From IMG/VR virus record IMGVR_UViG_3300032307_000622, positions 32,001 to 96,000 of that record: a stretch of DNA of 64,000 nt, one strand, 5' to 3'. The first letter of the stretch is position 1; each line of letters opens with the position of its first letter. The notes under the pieces are model-generated. The model did not search any database. It was given only the letters and a program-made list of their open reading frames with translations, and was not told the origin of the DNA. This document shows positions 24,315 to 33,834 of this stretch, piece by piece. The translations under genes were made by a program, and so were the position numbers. This DNA comes from a virus.

Positions 24315-24818
24315 ATGGCAACTGGACAATCGGACGCATATGATCTACCCTATCCATTAGCAGAGGATAATGTTAATGTTCATGGGGATATTAAGCAGCT
24401 AGTAGAAAAACTTGAGGCTGTCTTGCCCCTAGCATCATATTCACAGGTAAATGTGTTAAATAATAGTGGACAAGTAATTAATGCTGGAGATCCAGTATAT
24501 GTTACTGGATATACCACTGCTACAACGGTAGCTAAAGCTACACAAAGTACAACGGCACCAATCTTAGGATTGGCAAAAAGTTCAATCGTTAACAATGCTA
24601 ATGGAATTGTTGTAGTGTCTGGAATCATTCAAAATATTAATACATCTGCATTTGCTGCTGGAGATATTTTGCATGCAGGAACAAACGGCGGACTGACTAA
24701 CGCAGAATTGCCTGGCGGAGCAGTAGCCGTTGTTGTTTATGCAGCTGAAAATGGAATAGTCTCTGTTGACTCAAAAGGTAATGGAACATGGGGGGCACTA
24801 AAAGCTGGACTAGCTTAA
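24315..24818 (+). CDS. Putative virion protein
   Basis: Leaderless ATG after TGGTATAAT; LPYP N-terminus. Confidence 0.7.
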   Translation: MATGQSDAYDLPYPLAEDNVNVHGDIKQLVEKLEAVLPLASYSQVNVLNNSGQVINAGDPVYVTGYTTATTVAKATQSTTAPILGLAKSSIVNNANGIVVVSGIIQNINTSAFAAGDILHAGTNGGLTNAELPGGAVAVVVYAAENGIVSVDSKGNGTWGALKAGLA

Positions 24819-24836
24819 TAGTGATATAATGATAAA

Positions 24837-25229
24837 ATGGTAAGAACAGCTGCTTATAATGTAGGGAACACTCCTCCAAGAGTTACTTGGACAGTTGTTC
24901 GTGGCGATACCGCATCATTTAGGGCATACGTAACAGATGACTTCAAAGTAGCCTTAAATATCCCAGACTGGACAATTTCCATGAAGATCAAGCGTCCAAA
25001 TCTTGCCATCAATGCTGGAAAGATTACGGATGATGCAACCCTTGTTTTAATTCTATCACCAGAACCCATTGATGGCGATGGGGCTGGAGAGTTTACAGTT
25101 TCTTTAACAGCAGAAGAGTCTAATGTTCTTCAAACTGGGGATATTTTTGACATCCAGCTATCTGATGCTACAAGAGTTTGGACAGTTGCTCAGGGCAGCA
25201 TGATAATTCTTGAAGATGTGACAGACTAA
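24837..25229 (+). CDS. Virion adaptor-like protein (BppU N-terminal-like)
   Basis: VRGDT...FDIQ...GSM...EDVT. Confidence 0.65.
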   Translation: MVRTAAYNVGNTPPRVTWTVVRGDTASFRAYVTDDFKVALNIPDWTISMKIKRPNLAINAGKITDDATLVLILSPEPIDGDGAGEFTVSLTAEESNVLQTGDIFDIQLSDATRVWTVAQGSMIILEDVTD

Positions 25230-25453
25230 TGGCCTTTGTAAAGATTTCGGAACGCAACTATTCTTCTAAAATAAAAAAGCATTTTAGCTATGGCATTTTT
25301 AGAATTGGCAAAACTTCTAGAAAAGTAGAGATAAAAGAGGTTCTTCCTTTTAGGATTAAGTTTACAAATACCAACATTAGAAGCAACTATGGACCAGGTA
25401 ATGCTGCCCCAATCGGAATAGCAATTATTGGCCTAAACAATTACGTAATGTAA
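25229..25453 (+). CDS. Hypothetical basic protein
   Basis: ORF track; TAATG coupling. Confidence 0.65.
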   Translation: MAFVKISERNYSSKIKKHFSYGIFRIGKTSRKVEIKEVLPFRIKFTNTNIRSNYGPGNAAPIGIAIIGLNNYVM

Positions 25454-25476
25454 ATAAACAATGATATAATTTAATC

Positions 25477-25923
25477 ATGTCTAGAACAACCCTATCTTAT
25501 GTAAAGACCAGATTTGAGACTGGTGACCGTCCAGAGCAGCAAGACTACGTTGACCTAATTGATACAGTGTCAGCCCAGTCAACTGACCTTGGTACTTTTG
25601 GAAATAACGAAAACACAATCAATGAAATCGAAAACGTAACAGTTCTTGATAGCTTTGATGCGACTGTTTGGAGAATGGTTAAGTACCTGATTTCTATTTC
25701 TAAAACCACAAACGGAGATAATAAGTTCTACGCAACAGAATTGACCATACTAGTTGACGGTAACAACGTTAATGTTAGCGAATATGGAACGATAGACAAC
25801 GATGGGAATATGGGAACCATAAGCGTCTCTAGAGCTGGAGATACAGTGGCAATTACACTAACTCCAGATTCAGTAATCAAGCCAGTAACTGTACGTTATG
25901 CACGTATGGGACTTAAGGCATAG
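25477..25923 (+). CDS. Putative virion protein (FETGDRP motif)
   Basis: C-terminal domain resembles the C-terminus of 25941. Confidence 0.7.
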   Translation: MSRTTLSYVKTRFETGDRPEQQDYVDLIDTVSAQSTDLGTFGNNENTINEIENVTVLDSFDATVWRMVKYLISISKTTNGDNKFYATELTILVDGNNVNVSEYGTIDNDGNMGTISVSRAGDTVAITLTPDSVIKPVTVRYARMGLKA

Positions 25924-25940
25924 ACTAATAGGAGATAATA

Positions 25941-28844
25941 ATGGCAACAGTAAACAAGAATTTTAAGGTCAAGCATGGCTTGGTCGTTGAAGGTACCACA
26001 GGTACCATTGCTGGTGAGGACATCCTTACCAAAAAGCAAGAAGATATTGATTATATTATTGATCAAGTTGGTGGCTCTGGTGTTCCTACTAATACCCCAA
26101 ATACCCTAGTCCTTCGTGATGAAAACGGAGACTTCGCTGCTAACGATATTACAGCAAATGAAATTAGCATTGGCTCAATAGGTCGCATTTACGATGACGG
26201 TGGCGACATGGTCATTGACAATCTTGATGGCAACGATGTTACGATTAATGCTGATGATATTAGACTTAATGCACAAGATGATGTTCGTGTCAGTGCAAAC
26301 GATTTAGTTCAGCTTACATCTAATAATGGAGACATTGAGCTGGTTGCAAATGGCAATGTCTACATTGGGACTGACAATAGTCCAGAATATGTGGTAGTTG
26401 CCAAGGGAACACTTGACAGCCACATTGGTGATGTAACTGTTGACGGCACTGCAGGAAACACTGTAACTGACAGAATTGCTACTGCTAAGCAGGAAGCTAT
26501 TGATGCTGGTTCTTCAGACGTAACCACTCACTCAAACCTTACAACTGGAGTTCACGGTGTAACTGGTGATGTTGTTGGAACAACTGACACTCAGACACTT
26601 ACAAACAAGACTCTTGGTTCTGGAACTAATCTTTCTGTAAACCTAGACATGAACGGTAACAAGATTGAAGATCTTGGAACACCTACTGCTGGTACAGATG
26701 CTACAACTAAGAACTATGTAGACGATGGAGATACCGCAACTCTTGGTTCCGCCAACTCCTACACAGATGACGAAATTACTGCACTAGACACTTCTCTAAA
26801 GGCTTATGCAGACCAGGCAGAGTCAGATGCAATTAGCTCAGCAGCTTCAGCTGCAGCAGCTCTATATGCACCACTTGCTGGAGCAACCTTTACTGGTGAT
26901 GTTATCCTTCCTGGAGACCCTACCCAGGCTCTAGGTGCAGCTACAAAGCAGTACGTAGACGCAGTTGCAGAAGGACTACACGTTCACGCATCTACAGTTG
27001 CAGCTACTACCGCAAACGTGGATCTTGCAACAGGTGGATTGCTAACAATTGATGGCGTAGGTCTTAATGAAGACGAGCGTGTTCTTGTTAAGAATCAGTC
27101 AAATGCAACTCAGAACGGTATCTACCTAGCCAAGCCTGGTGCTTGGGTACGTGCAGATGACTACAACTCTGCTGCAGAAATTCAGGGTGGTGACTTTACC
27201 TTCGTAACTGGCGGTAACACTTACGCAAATACTGGATGGGTTCAGACAAATGTTGTAACAACTCTAGGAACATCCACAATTAACTTCGACCAGTTCTCTG
27301 GTGCTGGAGAATATGTTGCAGGTACTGGTCTAACTCTAAATGGAAACTCATTCGCTATTGATGATACCGTTACAGCTACCAAGTCTTACGTAGATGGCGA
27401 AATTTCAGACCTAGACGCTGCTGCTCAAGGCTATGCAGATGATGCAGAGGTTGATGCAAAAGCGTACACTGATCAGCGTGAAAGTGCAATCACAACTGCT
27501 TACCAAGGTTATGCAGATAACGCAGAAGCTGATGCAAAGCTTTACACAGATCAGGAAATTTCTGCTCTAAACACTGATGACATTGAAGAAGGTCTTACCA
27601 ACGAATACTTCACAGATGCTCGTGCGAAAGGATCTGCTGCAGATCTTTTGGTAAATGCTAATAAGACAAACATTACCATTACTGGAAACGAAGATGGTCT
27701 AACCATTACTGCAGAAAATGGTGTTGCTCAGTCTACCACAGACGATTTGACTGAAGGATCAGCAAACCTATACTTCACAGATGCTCGTGCTCAGGCTGCA
27801 GTTGCAGGAGATATAACTACTGCAATAAACGCTCTTGACACTGATGCTATTGAAGAGGGCGTAGGCAATCTTTACTTTACAGATCAGCGAGCACTTACTG
27901 CTACATCTTCAGCATATGACCCAGCAGGTTCTGCTCAGGGTGCTTATGACAATGCAGTGTCTTACACAAACACAACGCTTGAAAATTACACTCCAACAAA
28001 CTCGCTAGATTCAGTAGTTGATAATTTTGGATTCCTCAAGCAAGAAGATCTTACAGGCTATGCAACAGAAACCTATGCTAATAATGCTGCAAATACAGCA
28101 CAGCAAAATGCAGAAAGCTATGCAGATTCCAAGATCAGTGATTCCTCATCTGCCTCAGACAAGGTTTGGTCCGCATACAAGACAAGCACTGAGATTAGTC
28201 TTGCTCAGGCAGCTGCAGAGCTACACGCAGATAACGCAATTGCTGCTCTCGTAGATGCTGCACCATCAACTCTAGACACTCTAAATGAGTTGGCTGCAGC
28301 ACTTCAGGATAACCCAGACATCATTTCTGACCTTCAGGATATTGCTGCTGGAAAGCAGGATACACTAACTGCTGGAGCAAACATTGACATTACAGGGGCA
28401 ACAATCTCTGTAACTGGTCTAGACACTAACGATGTTTCTGAGGGTACAAACCTGTACTTTACAGACCAGAGAGCAATTGATGCAGTTCAGAATACAACTC
28501 CAGTCTTCTCAGCAGTTGATATTGATTCAGTTGCTAAGCAGGTTGCAGCAAGTCTTGAAGCATCAACAGCAGGACTTCAGGTAGCATATGCCTGGAACAA
28601 GTCAGAATATCGTTCAGCAGAATTCCTTGTAAAGGTTGAAACCTTGACAAACTCTGAAATTTCAAAGATTCTTCTGACACTTGATTCTTCAGACAACATT
28701 GCAATTACTGAATATGGAATTGTTGGAACAAATGGCTCAATGTCATCTGTTTCAGCAGGTATCTCAGGATCAGATGTACAACTTGAGGTAACAACCACTA
28801 ACAATAACTCAGTAGTTACTGTTATGGGAACTCTACTAGCATAA
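25941..28844 (+). CDS. Long tail fibre protein
   Basis: Repeated ATK.YVD and TDD..EG..NLYFTD.RA motifs; RVLVKNQ...QNGIY. Confidence 0.8.
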   Translation: MATVNKNFKVKHGLVVEGTTGTIAGEDILTKKQEDIDYIIDQVGGSGVPTNTPNTLVLRDENGDFAANDITANEISIGSIGRIYDDGGDMVIDNLDGNDVTINADDIRLNAQDDVRVSANDLVQLTSNNGDIELVANGNVYIGTDNSPEYVVVAKGTLDSHIGDVTVDGTAGNTVTDRIATAKQEAIDAGSSDVTTHSNLTTGVHGVTGDVVGTTDTQTLTNKTLGSGTNLSVNLDMNGNKIEDLGTPTAGTDATTKNYVDDGDTATLGSANSYTDDEITALDTSLKAYADQAESDAISSAASAAAALYAPLAGATFTGDVILPGDPTQALGAATKQYVDAVAEGLHVHASTVAATTANVDLATGGLLTIDGVGLNEDERVLVKNQSNATQNGIYLAKPGAWVRADDYNSAAEIQGGDFTFVTGGNTYANTGWVQTNVVTTLGTSTINFDQFSGAGEYVAGTGLTLNGNSFAIDDTVTATKSYVDGEISDLDAAAQGYADDAEVDAKAYTDQRESAITTAYQGYADNAEADAKLYTDQEISALNTDDIEEGLTNEYFTDARAKGSAADLLVNANKTNITITGNEDGLTITAENGVAQSTTDDLTEGSANLYFTDARAQAAVAGDITTAINALDTDAIEEGVGNLYFTDQRALTATSSAYDPAGSAQGAYDNAVSYTNTTLENYTPTNSLDSVVDNFGFLKQEDLTGYATETYANNAANTAQQNAESYADSKISDSSSASDKVWSAYKTSTEISLAQAAAELHADNAIAALVDAAPSTLDTLNELAAALQDNPDIISDLQDIAAGKQDTLTAGANIDITGATISVTGLDTNDVSEGTNLYFTDQRAIDAVQNTTPVFSAVDIDSVAKQVAASLEASTAGLQVAYAWNKSEYRSAEFLVKVETLTNSEISKILLTLDSSDNIAITEYGIVGTNGSMSSVSAGISGSDVQLEVTTTNNNSVVTVMGTLLA

Positions 28845-28862
28845 TAAGGCAAAGGTGATAAA

Positions 28863-29324
28863 GTGACTGTAGAAAATAAAGACTTTAAAGTCAAGCATGG
28901 TCTTCAGGTTGCTAACGGCGGTATATTTGGTGCTGCAGTTGTGGTTGGTACTCCAACAGAAAATACACACGCTGCAACTAAAGAATATGTAGACTCTGTA
29001 GCAGCAGCTCCACTTGTCCCAATTGAGTCAGATGCCCCAGAGGCTCCAATAGATGGACAGATGTATTTTGATGCAGAATCAAAGAGATTAGCAATCTATC
29101 ATGATGGAGTTTGGACAACACTTGCAACATTGGCAGATGCCGCAGAGTTGCCACAACACATTCACGATACAGCAATTGGCGGTACTGGTTTAATCGTAAG
29201 TACTTTCGTAGATGCTGGGTTTTATAACGATTCTTCTTCTACACCAGTAGATGCAGGATACTATAACACATCGTCTTGGAATGAGACTTGGGATGGCGGA
29301 CTAGCTATCGACAACTTTAACTAA
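28863..29324 (+). CDS. Short fibre-associated protein
   Basis: N-terminus NK.FKVKHGL.V shared with 25941. Confidence 0.7.
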   Translation: MTVENKDFKVKHGLQVANGGIFGAAVVVGTPTENTHAATKEYVDSVAAAPLVPIESDAPEAPIDGQMYFDAESKRLAIYHDGVWTTLATLADAAELPQHIHDTAIGGTGLIVSTFVDAGFYNDSSSTPVDAGYYNTSSWNETWDGGLAIDNFN

Positions 29325-29395
29325 TTCATAATAAAATAGATGATATAATTATGAATAGAACACTTGGGTAAACCCCACTTAGAGGAGATATAGAC

Positions 29396-30967
29396 ATGGC
29401 AACAAGAATGCAACAGCGACGAGGCACTGAGGCTCAGTGGACCTCTGCAGACCCAATCCTGGCTTCTGGAGAAATTGGTTTTGAGTCCGATACTGGTCAG
29501 TTTAAGATTGGTGATGGTATCAATCACTGGTCAGACCTATCCTACTTCAAGGATCTTAGCGATCTTGGTGGAACCCTAGATGATTATGTTCCACTAACTC
29601 AAAAAGGTTCAGACAATGGAGTTGCCACACTAGATGGCAATGGGTATGTTCCAGTTGACCAGCTTGGCAATGTTATTGGAGATGCTCCACAAATCTTGGA
29701 TACACTAGGAGAAATTGCTAGTGCTGTTAATGATGCAAATGGAATTGTGTCAAGCAAAATTGAAATTGCCATTGGAGAAGAAGCTACCGCTAGGGACACT
29801 GCAATAGACACTGCAGTTCAGACTCTAACTGGACTTATTAATGATGAAGAAAATGCTAGAATAGATGCAATTCACGACGAAGCTGATGCAAGAGCAGAGG
29901 CAATCTCTAGTGCAATCGGAACCCACTCTAGCGACACTACAAACGTTCACGGTATCGCAGACACATCTTTGCTTGTTACAACAACAACTGCACAGGGCTA
30001 TGTTTCCACTCACAATTCTGAGACTGAAAACGTGCACGGCATTGCAAGTACCGCAGACCTAGTAACAAAGTCTGCAACTCAATCTCTATCAAACAAGACC
30101 ATTAACACCGCAGACAATGACATCACAGTTGTAGCTGCAGACATTAGCGATGTTACTGCCTCTGCTGCAGAGCTTAATGTTCTTGACGGAATCACCGCCT
30201 CAACTACAGAACTAAACTATGTAGACGGAGTGACATCTGCCATCCAGACTCAGCTAAATGCCAAGGCACCCATAGCTGACCCAACATTTACAGGAACTAC
30301 CACTACAGCAAATCTTTCTATTACTGGAAACCTTACTGTTGGCGGAACAACCACAACTGTTAATGCAACAGACTTGAGCATATCAGACCCACTAATTTAC
30401 ATGTCTAGCGGAGCCTGGACAACAGATATCGTAGACGTAGGATTCCTTGCTGCTACAGGTGAAGTTGGAGGAACTGAGCAAGACCACAAGCACTCTGGAT
30501 TGTTCCGTGACGTAAGTGATAACAAGAAATGGAAGCTTGTTTCGAATGTTCCACACCCAGTATCAAATACTGTAGACCTGACAAACGCTGCATACGACAC
30601 CCTCAGATTGGGTGCGGTTGAGTTCTCTGATGGTGTACAGGTTAAGCAGGGTGTTCCATCCCTTACTGAAATTAACCAGAAGACATCTGCTTACACAACT
30701 GTTCTAACAGACCGTGATAAGCTTGTAGAGATTAATTCATCTTCTGGTGTAACTGTTACAATTCCTACAAACTCATCTGTGGCCTATCCAGTCGGAACAT
30801 CATTTGATATTCTGCAAACTGGAACTGGGCAGGTAACAATTGCTGGTGCAGGTGGCGTAACTGTAAATGCAACACCTGGACTAAAGCTACGTACTCAGTG
30901 GTCATCTGCCACCCTATTTAAGAGGGCAGAAAACACCTGGGTTGTCTTTGGAGACCTTTCAGCATAA
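29396..30967 (+). CDS. Tail fibre with Mtd-N (major tropism determinant N-terminal)-like domain
   Basis: QRRGT...W...P.LASGEIGFESDTG.FKIGDG...W..L.Y. Confidence 0.8.
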   Translation: MATRMQQRRGTEAQWTSADPILASGEIGFESDTGQFKIGDGINHWSDLSYFKDLSDLGGTLDDYVPLTQKGSDNGVATLDGNGYVPVDQLGNVIGDAPQILDTLGEIASAVNDANGIVSSKIEIAIGEEATARDTAIDTAVQTLTGLINDEENARIDAIHDEADARAEAISSAIGTHSSDTTNVHGIADTSLLVTTTTAQGYVSTHNSETENVHGIASTADLVTKSATQSLSNKTINTADNDITVVAADISDVTASAAELNVLDGITASTTELNYVDGVTSAIQTQLNAKAPIADPTFTGTTTTANLSITGNLTVGGTTTTVNATDLSISDPLIYMSSGAWTTDIVDVGFLAATGEVGGTEQDHKHSGLFRDVSDNKKWKLVSNVPHPVSNTVDLTNAAYDTLRLGAVEFSDGVQVKQGVPSLTEINQKTSAYTTVLTDRDKLVEINSSSGVTVTIPTNSSVAYPVGTSFDILQTGTGQVTIAGAGGVTVNATPGLKLRTQWSSATLFKRAENTWVVFGDLSA

Positions 30968-30990
30968 TTAAAGAATTAAGGAGAATATAA

Positions 30991-31716
30991 ATGGCAGCAA
31001 ATAAAAGAGCAGGAAAGAAGTCTCTTGCACAAAATGATTATCTGGCTCCAGCAGCCCCATTAATTGGGACTGCGGAAGATACTGGAAGCGGTAGATCTTT
31101 TAATGATGCCAAGGTTCTTGTAACATTTACTCCTCAGGGACCAAATGATGCTACTTCGTTCACAGTAACATCTTCTCCAGGAGGATATACTGCAACAGAT
31201 TCATCCTCTCCAGTTATTCTTACTGGGCTTCAGTCAGGAGTATCCTATACATTTACAGTAACAGCAACTAATTCTTATGGAACTTCTGCTCCATCTGCAG
31301 CTACCTCTGCAATTACAGCAACAACTGTTCCTGCTGCCGTAGGTACGCCATCAGTTAGCTCCCCATCAGCTGGTATTGACAGAGTTAGTTGGGACGCTCC
31401 TGCAAATGGTGGAAAAGCTATTTCTAGCTATTACTGGTATTCCTCTGATGGAAAGTCTGGAACGACATCTTCAACAACAGTAGATGTTAGCCAGGAGCAG
31501 GGAACATCTCAGACATACCAGGTTTATGCAACGAATGCTAATGGAAATGGAGCATCGTCTCCAAGCTCAGCTTCAGTCACCACAACCTTCTCCTTTGCAC
31601 CTTTTGGTGCGTTTGGATTCTCACCATTTGGATTCTCTCCATTCGGCTTCTCGCCCTTTGGCTTCTCTCCATTTGGGTTTGCTCCAAACTGGTATGGCTG
31701 TGCTGGCTGGTGCTAA
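30991..31716 (+). CDS. Fibronectin type III domain protein with C-terminal (FGFSP)n repeats
   Basis: TGLQSGVSYTFTVTATN.YG and W.AP.NGG..I..Y Fn3 motifs. Confidence 0.85.
   Translation: MAANKRAGKKSLAQNDYLAPAAPLIGTAEDTGSGRSFNDAKVLVTFTPQGPNDATSFTVTSSPGGYTATDSSSPVILTGLQSGVSYTFTVTATNSYGTSAPSAATSAITATTVPAAVGTPSVSSPSAGIDRVSWDAPANGGKAISSYYWYSSDGKSGTTSSTTVDVSQEQGTSQTYQVYATNANGNGASSPSSASVTTTFSFAPFGAFGFSPFGFSPFGFSPFGFSPFGFAPNWYGCAGWC
31588..31686 (+). repeat. Degenerate 15-nt repeat encoding FSPFG pentapeptides
   Basis: FSFAPFGAFGFSPFGFSPFGFSPFGFSPFGFAP. Confidence 0.85.
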
Positions 31717-31775
31717 AAAATTGCAACAAAATCTCCTATAGTGTATAATAAAATATATCGTTAGGAGATTTTATT

Positions 31776-32435
31776 ATGGACACCATGTCCCCACTAAAAA
31801 GTGTAAGCCAATCAACACAACCACATCGCTTTTTTGAAGCTTTTTTGGATAATGACCTTGAAAAGTTAAAAACAGAGCTAATTGATAGGTACGAAAAGAT
31901 TAGACGAGCAGAGGTCTCTGGGGTAGGAGATCTAAGAGAAGACGAGCTTTGGAAATCTTCCAATAGTGTCTCTACAATGAAATGGAGAGAATATAACGTC
32001 TTCCAGTTTCACATTGATGGGGTTCGCAAACTATATAACGCAGTTTCCCAAATGGTCAAAGATGCCTGTGCCCACTACGATCTAGATTTTCAAAAAGAGC
32101 AGTTTATGCTTCAGGGATGGTTTAACATTAATGAGGCACACAATGGAAAGCTAGACTGGCATGATCACGGAGGCAGCGGTGCTCCAAATTTCCATGGATA
32201 TTATTCAGTTTCTGCAGAACCATCAACAACTCACTACATTGTTTTTGGAACAGAAGTAGAAAACAACAATAAAAACAATCGTGCAATTCTCTCTGAGATG
32301 GGCCACCCTCATGCTATGGGGGACTGGGATTGGTCAGGACCTAGAATTACCATCGCATATGACGTAATACCACTAAGAAGCCTGCAGACTCCAGTAGGCA
32401 TGACACAGGAGCAGCATTGGATACCTCTAAACTAA
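31776..32435 (+). CDS. Putative 2OG-Fe(II) oxygenase/cupin-fold protein
   Basis: GWFN...WHDH...HGYY...GHPH...RITIAYD. Confidence 0.7.
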   Translation: MDTMSPLKSVSQSTQPHRFFEAFLDNDLEKLKTELIDRYEKIRRAEVSGVGDLREDELWKSSNSVSTMKWREYNVFQFHIDGVRKLYNAVSQMVKDACAHYDLDFQKEQFMLQGWFNINEAHNGKLDWHDHGGSGAPNFHGYYSVSAEPSTTHYIVFGTEVENNNKNNRAILSEMGHPHAMGDWDWSGPRITIAYDVIPLRSLQTPVGMTQEQHWIPLN

Positions 32436-33070
32436 TTAGTCCAAAGCCACCACACAAGTTCTTTGACAGGTTCTTAGATAATGACCTAGATGATATGTAC
32501 TCTTATCTTTATCTAAAGGCACAAGACTTAGTTGCTGGCAAAATTGGGAACGTCCCACAAGAAATTTTGTCAAAGTTTAATATCTATAATGGTGCACCAA
32601 CACAGCTAGGTGACTACTACAATATATTTACGTGGGATCATCCAGGAATAAAGAAGCTCAAGGATGCCTTAGCTGACACAATTCAAGAAGCCTGTGAGTA
32701 TTACGGAATTGACTATGCTAAGGAAAACTATTTTATTAATGGATGGTTTAATTTAGACTTTAAAACTGAGGGTGAGGGAGCTGGAGTTTCCCCACTTAAA
32801 CATCCAGAACACTATCACGACCACGCAGGTGGAACTGGAATTCCAGTATTCCATGGATATTACTGTGTAAACGCTGAGCCATCCTCAACCTTTTATAAAA
32901 TAAAAGATACTGACACTGTTTTTGAAAATATTAATAAAAACAATAGATTAGTTGTTTCAGAAACTGGACATCCTCACGGCCGTGATGACTGGTTTGATGA
33001 CAGATACAGGATTACAATTGCATACGATATTGCAAGCGAACCAATAATAAGAAATGGAGTTAAGCTTTGA
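32417..33070 (+). CDS. Putative 2OG-Fe(II) oxygenase, paralog of 31776
   Basis: Same HDH...GHPH...RITIAYD motifs. Confidence 0.7.
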   Translation: MDTSKLISPKPPHKFFDRFLDNDLDDMYSYLYLKAQDLVAGKIGNVPQEILSKFNIYNGAPTQLGDYYNIFTWDHPGIKKLKDALADTIQEACEYYGIDYAKENYFINGWFNLDFKTEGEGAGVSPLKHPEHYHDHAGGTGIPVFHGYYCVNAEPSSTFYKIKDTDTVFENINKNNRLVVSETGHPHGRDDWFDDRYRITIAYDIASEPIIRNGVKL

Positions 33071-33204
33071 AAAAAGTAATATGTTTAATCATTGGGCATA
33101 ATCTACAGTCTAGCCAATGTCCAGTAACGAAGGCAAAGCTTTCATCCTGCAGTCGTTGCGGTATGGGGCAGGGCAAATCACACTCATCTATGAGTTTTAG
33201 CTAA
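33067..33204 (+). CDS. Small Cys/His protein (MKKVICLIIGH...CP...CSRCG, 45 aa)
   Basis: Manual translation; TTGA overlap with the upstream stop. Confidence 0.6.
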   Translation: MKKVICLIIGHNLQSSQCPVTKAKLSSCSRCGMGQGKSHSSMSFS

Positions 33205-33215
33205 TTGGACTATTT

Positions 33216-33815
33216 ATGGAAATTGTAAAAGGCTTTTTATCAAGAGAAGACGTTGAGGTTGTTGCTAACTACATAGCAACTATAAAGTTTAATACCAAAG
33301 ACGAACATGTTCCACTACACGATAAGCTATATACAGAATATAATGCTCAGTTTGACCTTCACACACGTGGAGAAATGCCAGACTATATACTACAAATATT
33401 TTCCAAATATTCAAAAGCATTTTATGAAATTATAGAGTCTAGATTTCCAGGAGAATACCTTCCACCAATGTTTTCAAAGCACTATATTGCTAGGTACATG
33501 GTTGGTGCAGAAACTGGGCCACAGTTCGATAATACAAAGCCAAAAGGGACCTACAAGTCAATTATTTTTTGGAATAACGACTTCGATGGCGGCAACCTTG
33601 TATTTCCTAAATTAGAAAAGACAGTAAAGCCAGAACCTGGCGATCTAGTCTTTTTTGAAGAGGGTGAAGAAAACATGTGTGCAATTACAAAAATTCTATC
33701 AAAGCCATTGTATTTTTCAGAAGCCTGGATTGGTAAAAAGGGACAGCTTTGGATGCCCAGTAACGAACCGTATGAGAAGGTTCAGTGGGATAACTGGGAA
33801 ATAAAAGGCTTTTAG
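33216..33815 (+). CDS. 2OG-Fe(II) oxygenase-fold protein with degenerate metal ligands
   Basis: NNDFDGGNLVFP...PEPGDLVFF present; HxD replaced by QFD. Confidence 0.7.
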   Translation: MEIVKGFLSREDVEVVANYIATIKFNTKDEHVPLHDKLYTEYNAQFDLHTRGEMPDYILQIFSKYSKAFYEIIESRFPGEYLPPMFSKHYIARYMVGAETGPQFDNTKPKGTYKSIIFWNNDFDGGNLVFPKLEKTVKPEPGDLVFFEEGEENMCAITKILSKPLYFSEAWIGKKGQLWMPSNEPYEKVQWDNWEIKGF

Positions 33816-33834
33816 TATGATAAAATAGACTACA

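Noticed and set aside
29396-30967. Diversity-generating retroelement target, suggested by the Mtd-like N-terminus
   Set aside because: No reverse transcriptase and no template/variable repeat pair is visible in the window
30991-31716. Intein or Hint domain after the terminal Cys
   Set aside because: The ORF stops right after WC and no Hint motifs follow
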